Source of the DNA: Callorhinchus milii
Lineage: Eukaryota
Assembly (NCBI RefSeq): GCF_018977255.1
Contig: NW_024704742.1
Location: 82,834,001 to 82,898,000 of the forward strand
Direction of reading: 5' to 3'
Length of the DNA stretch: 64,000 nt
Position 1 is the first letter of the stretch. Each line of letters opens with the position of its first letter. The translations under genes were made by a program, and so were the position numbers. This document shows positions 63,611-64,000 of this stretch, in pieces. The notes under the pieces are model-generated. The model did not search any database and was not told the origin of the DNA. It was given only the letters and a program-made list of their open reading frames with translations.

Positions 63611-64000
63611 AGCATGGCAGAAATAGAGGAAAATGATTAGCTCCAATTTTTTTGAAAGTTTTCGTTTACTATCTGAGAAGAGGATAATTTCAAATGGGAT
63701 TCGTTGGTCCCCATTGTGTGCAAATTTCCAAATGATGCATTAAATAGGATAAGTTAAGACCATGAAATTGAAATGAGGTGCTGTGCAAGTGGATGATGTA
63801 AAGTATTAAAACCGGCAGATATCAGTGTAAATTGCTGAATTAGTAAGTTTCACTTCCATTGGGAATTAAATGTAGAGAGTTTATGCACCACCAGGTTAAC
63901 TTAAATAAATGCGTAGGTGATATTGAGAGCAAAAATCTGACGACAATTATTTTGTGGACACAGTTAGCAGATCTCTTTTCATGTGGTCTTTATACTGAGA

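Noticed and set aside
1..64000. A multi-gene novel system (defence island, viral insertion, antigen-receptor segments with RSS)
   Set aside because: I saw no non-LINE ORF with recognisable domains, no heptamer-spacer-nonamer pairs and no viral genes. The remaining short ORFs look like random or SINE-derived frames.

Overview
This is vertebrate nuclear DNA, almost entirely non-coding and repeat-dense. The repeat mix points to a cartilaginous fish, probably a chimaera such as the elephant shark (inferred, not verified): CR1 and L2 LINE 3' fragments, older Deu-core SINEs, a younger tRNA-Ala-headed SINE, LF-SINE-like and LmeSINE1-like relics, and a palindromic MITE. Family names are recognised from memory of consensus sequences and need a Dfam/Repbase check. 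I found no recognisable host protein-coding exon; the only ORFs with recognisable homology are LINE reverse-transcriptase remnants. The window looks like a large intron or the 5' region of a gene, with short candidate start-codon exons on the + strand (ATG|GTGAGT at 36498-36506; ATG-TTG-GAA|GTAAGT at 55894-55908). I cannot support a new multi-gene system. The best leads concern retroposon biology: (1) a chimeric SINE built from a tRNA head, a CORE-like block, a Deu 3' block and an L2 tail; (2) ~110-nt tail-only copies that start at the same motif, which is complementary to the end of the SINE's own tRNA head; (3) an inverted SINE pair sharing a private deletion; (4) L2 insertions nested inside the SINEs that share their tail. 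Repeat boundaries were read by eye and are approximate.
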